A DNA stretch of 64,000 bases from assembly GCF_018350175.1 (NCBI RefSeq), contig NC_058369.1, forward strand, positions 16,990,001-17,054,000. The letters run 5' to 3'. The first letter of the stretch is position 1. Each line of letters begins with the position of its first letter. A program made the translations under genes and the position numbers. Origin of the DNA: Felis catus. Lineage: Eukaryota. Of this stretch, positions 61,677 through 64,000 are shown in pieces. The notes below the pieces were generated by a model. The model had not been told where the DNA came from. It searched no databases and saw nothing but the letters and a program-made list of their open reading frames with translations.

Positions 61677-63226
61677 AAGGGGAAGACATAAAGACTGAGT
61701 CACTCGCCAATGTCATAAAGTGTGTAAACAGGAGAGCCCAGATCTGACTTGGGTACTGTGGCTCCAGAGATGGTGTTTGTACTGCAGTGCACCCTGTGGA
61801 TGAGGGTCTGGAGGAGGGGATCCATCCTTTGTCCAGCAGACTGTGTGATGCAATCCTTGCTGCTACTAAACCGATGGGTCAGTTCTCTGACCCACACCCA
61901 GCTCCAGAGAGAAACAATTCTCCAACCAGCAGCTCGGTGTGGGAGTTCCAGCAGGGAAACAAGCTATTCAGGAAACAATCTGGGAAAGAGGAGAATCGAC
62001 TGCAGACTGACACAGACCCATGAGGTGATGCCTACCCAACATGCACTGGGCTATGGCTGCAGGCTCTTGCCATCAGGGCCCAGTGGTGCCATTTCCGAAG
62101 CTAGGTGCTCAGTGGCAGTGGCCTGTTTACCTATTTCCCTATTTCTTTACGGCAACAAGCTGTGATAGGGCAGCTTTAGGGTTTTCCCAGGGCATAAACC
62201 CAATGGCTGCAAAAAAAACTTCTTTTTCTTGATCTAAATCCTGAAGCCTTCTGAAAACCAAAGTTTTCCTACCTTCCTGTCATAGCAGGGCAAGAAAGCC
62301 ACTGAGACACAGATGTACAGGGTACAAGAGAACAATAGCTCCTTGAGAGAGGTGGCAGCAGACAGGAAGGATCAGAGGAAAAATAGTTGACTTCTACTTA
62401 GGCAGACAAACACTTCTCAGGAAAGGAAGGGGCATGAAGAGCAGTCAATATCCATCCAGAGGTTACTGCTGTCACGCTATACAACTCACGGTGTGGGTGC
62501 ATCTAGGGCAATGCATTTAGGGAACAGATAGCGGGAGACAAGGATGTCATTCTCAGTCAGGGTCTACAATTTGCCAGGCAATGACAGCTATCTCACTGAA
62601 ATCTCTGGGCTGTCAGGCAGACTGGAAGACAGAAAGAGCCCAGTTTCAAGATAAGGAAATGAAGTCTCAGAGAGACTATGTAATTTGGCCCCAAATCCCA
62701 AGAACAGAGACAGAGAAGATTCAAACTCAGGTCTGTCTGCTCCCAAGGCTCGTTCTCTTTTCCTTAACACCTACACTACCTTACCTTGATGGAGGAGCTC
62801 TCTTCTTGGAAAAGATGTTTTCTAACATAAAATTTGAAATGGGGCAGAATTTAAGAGGACTGGTAAGAGAACAGAATCAATTTCTCGAAATACAAACTCT
62901 GTCCTCTTGAAATCTAAACATTCCTGTGTTCTTTCTGGTGTCTGACAAAGCTCTTATCACTTTTACAAGGATGACAATGTCTGAAAGTACTTTCATGACC
63001 TTTTACTAAACAGGAAGAGATCTGGCCCACATGAATGTGAAATGCACAGGAGTAGACCTTATGAAGCAAAAAAGGGTGCACTTGTATGTGTCTTCCAGGA
63101 AAAAAAAAAAATTCAGGTATCTCCTTCCCTGGTAGAGAGGGAGGTGAGAGAGATAGACGACATGAGGCTTTGAGACAGCAGCATCAAAGCAAAAACTGGT
63201 GGGAGTTTGACCTACATACAAGCTCT

Positions 63227-63228
<2 letters not shown>

Positions 63229-63261
<33 letters not shown>
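63229..63261. repeat. (CA)n microsatellite
   Basis: Dinucleotide run in SMARCC1 intron. Confidence 0.9.
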
Positions 63262-63263
<2 letters not shown>

Positions 63264-64000
63264 CAAAAACAGCAGGCATCCAAAGCCTGAAAAATGGAAA
63301 GGTTTGCTAAAATTAGGTTTAGCCTAGTGGAAAAATCCCTCACACTCTCTCAGGTTTATTAGCTCTTTTACTAAAGCATGATACCCAACATGCCTGGTGG
63401 AATATTTAAGGATTTTTATTTTTGGGGATGGGAGAGGCAGGTGGCAGAAGAACATGAAACTAGGAAAGGAAACTCGTGAATTTCCAATCTTGAACACATT
63501 TCATTGCTCCGTTTCTAACTGTCCACAACACATCCACTGGCTGAGTGCCCCGGAGAACGGAAATAACACAATCGGGGCCAAGTGAGGGGAAGCCCAGGCT
63601 CCTAGGGGACTCCTCCTTCTGCAGAGCTTCCGGGGGGGGGGGGCGCCTGCAACAGACATTCTTTGTTGAAGACTGGGTCCTCACTGTTCTCTTTGTAAGG
63701 GGAACCTGCTACTCCGGAAAGTGGCTCAGGATCCTTGTTATCCACGTGACGCAAGCAGGACTGAAGGCCCAGCAGATACTAAAAACTTGGCCAATGTGAT
63801 GAGCCATTCCTTTTTCCTTTTTGGTGTGGGGCTGGGAGTTCAGGGGGTGGGCTGGGAAGGGATGACTGGTTGGAATCCTTTCCTAAGCACCGTTTCTCAC
63901 GGGTAGGGTTGTGTACGTGAGTCTAACCTGGGGGTTTAAAAGTCAAGTGACTAATGCCTTGGTGGAAATTTCCTTAAACAACCAACATTTTACTAATTCT

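Overview
Eukaryotic (mammalian) genomic DNA. The abundant tRNA-derived CAN-SINEs match the felid SINEC_Fc type, so this is very likely a cat-family genome. The window contains (i) the complete 5-exon CSPG5 (neuroglycan C/CALEB) gene on the minus strand (CDS 42866->29272; 1635 nt / 544 aa when spliced at the sites I read) with a CpG-island promoter; (ii) the last two coding exons, the ~2.3 kb 3'UTR and part of a long intron of SMARCC1 (BAF155), also minus strand; (iii) a full-length processed AP3S1 pseudogene interrupted by two SINEs; and (iv) a repeat-dense intergenic block (~1.4-28.8 kb) of L1 fragments, SINEs, LTRs and DNA-transposon fossils. I see no convincing new biological system. The best leads are an apparent 1-nt deletion that frameshifts the CSPG5 long (27-aa insert) isoform, a 10-codon uORF in the CSPG5 leader, a possible decayed coding gene between SMARCC1 and CSPG5, a 1.8-kb almost pure-purine expansion inside a SINE, and nested retro-insertions that reuse one target site. 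Gene identities rest on my recall of the human/mouse proteins. Repeat family names and repeat boundaries were assigned by eye and are approximate.
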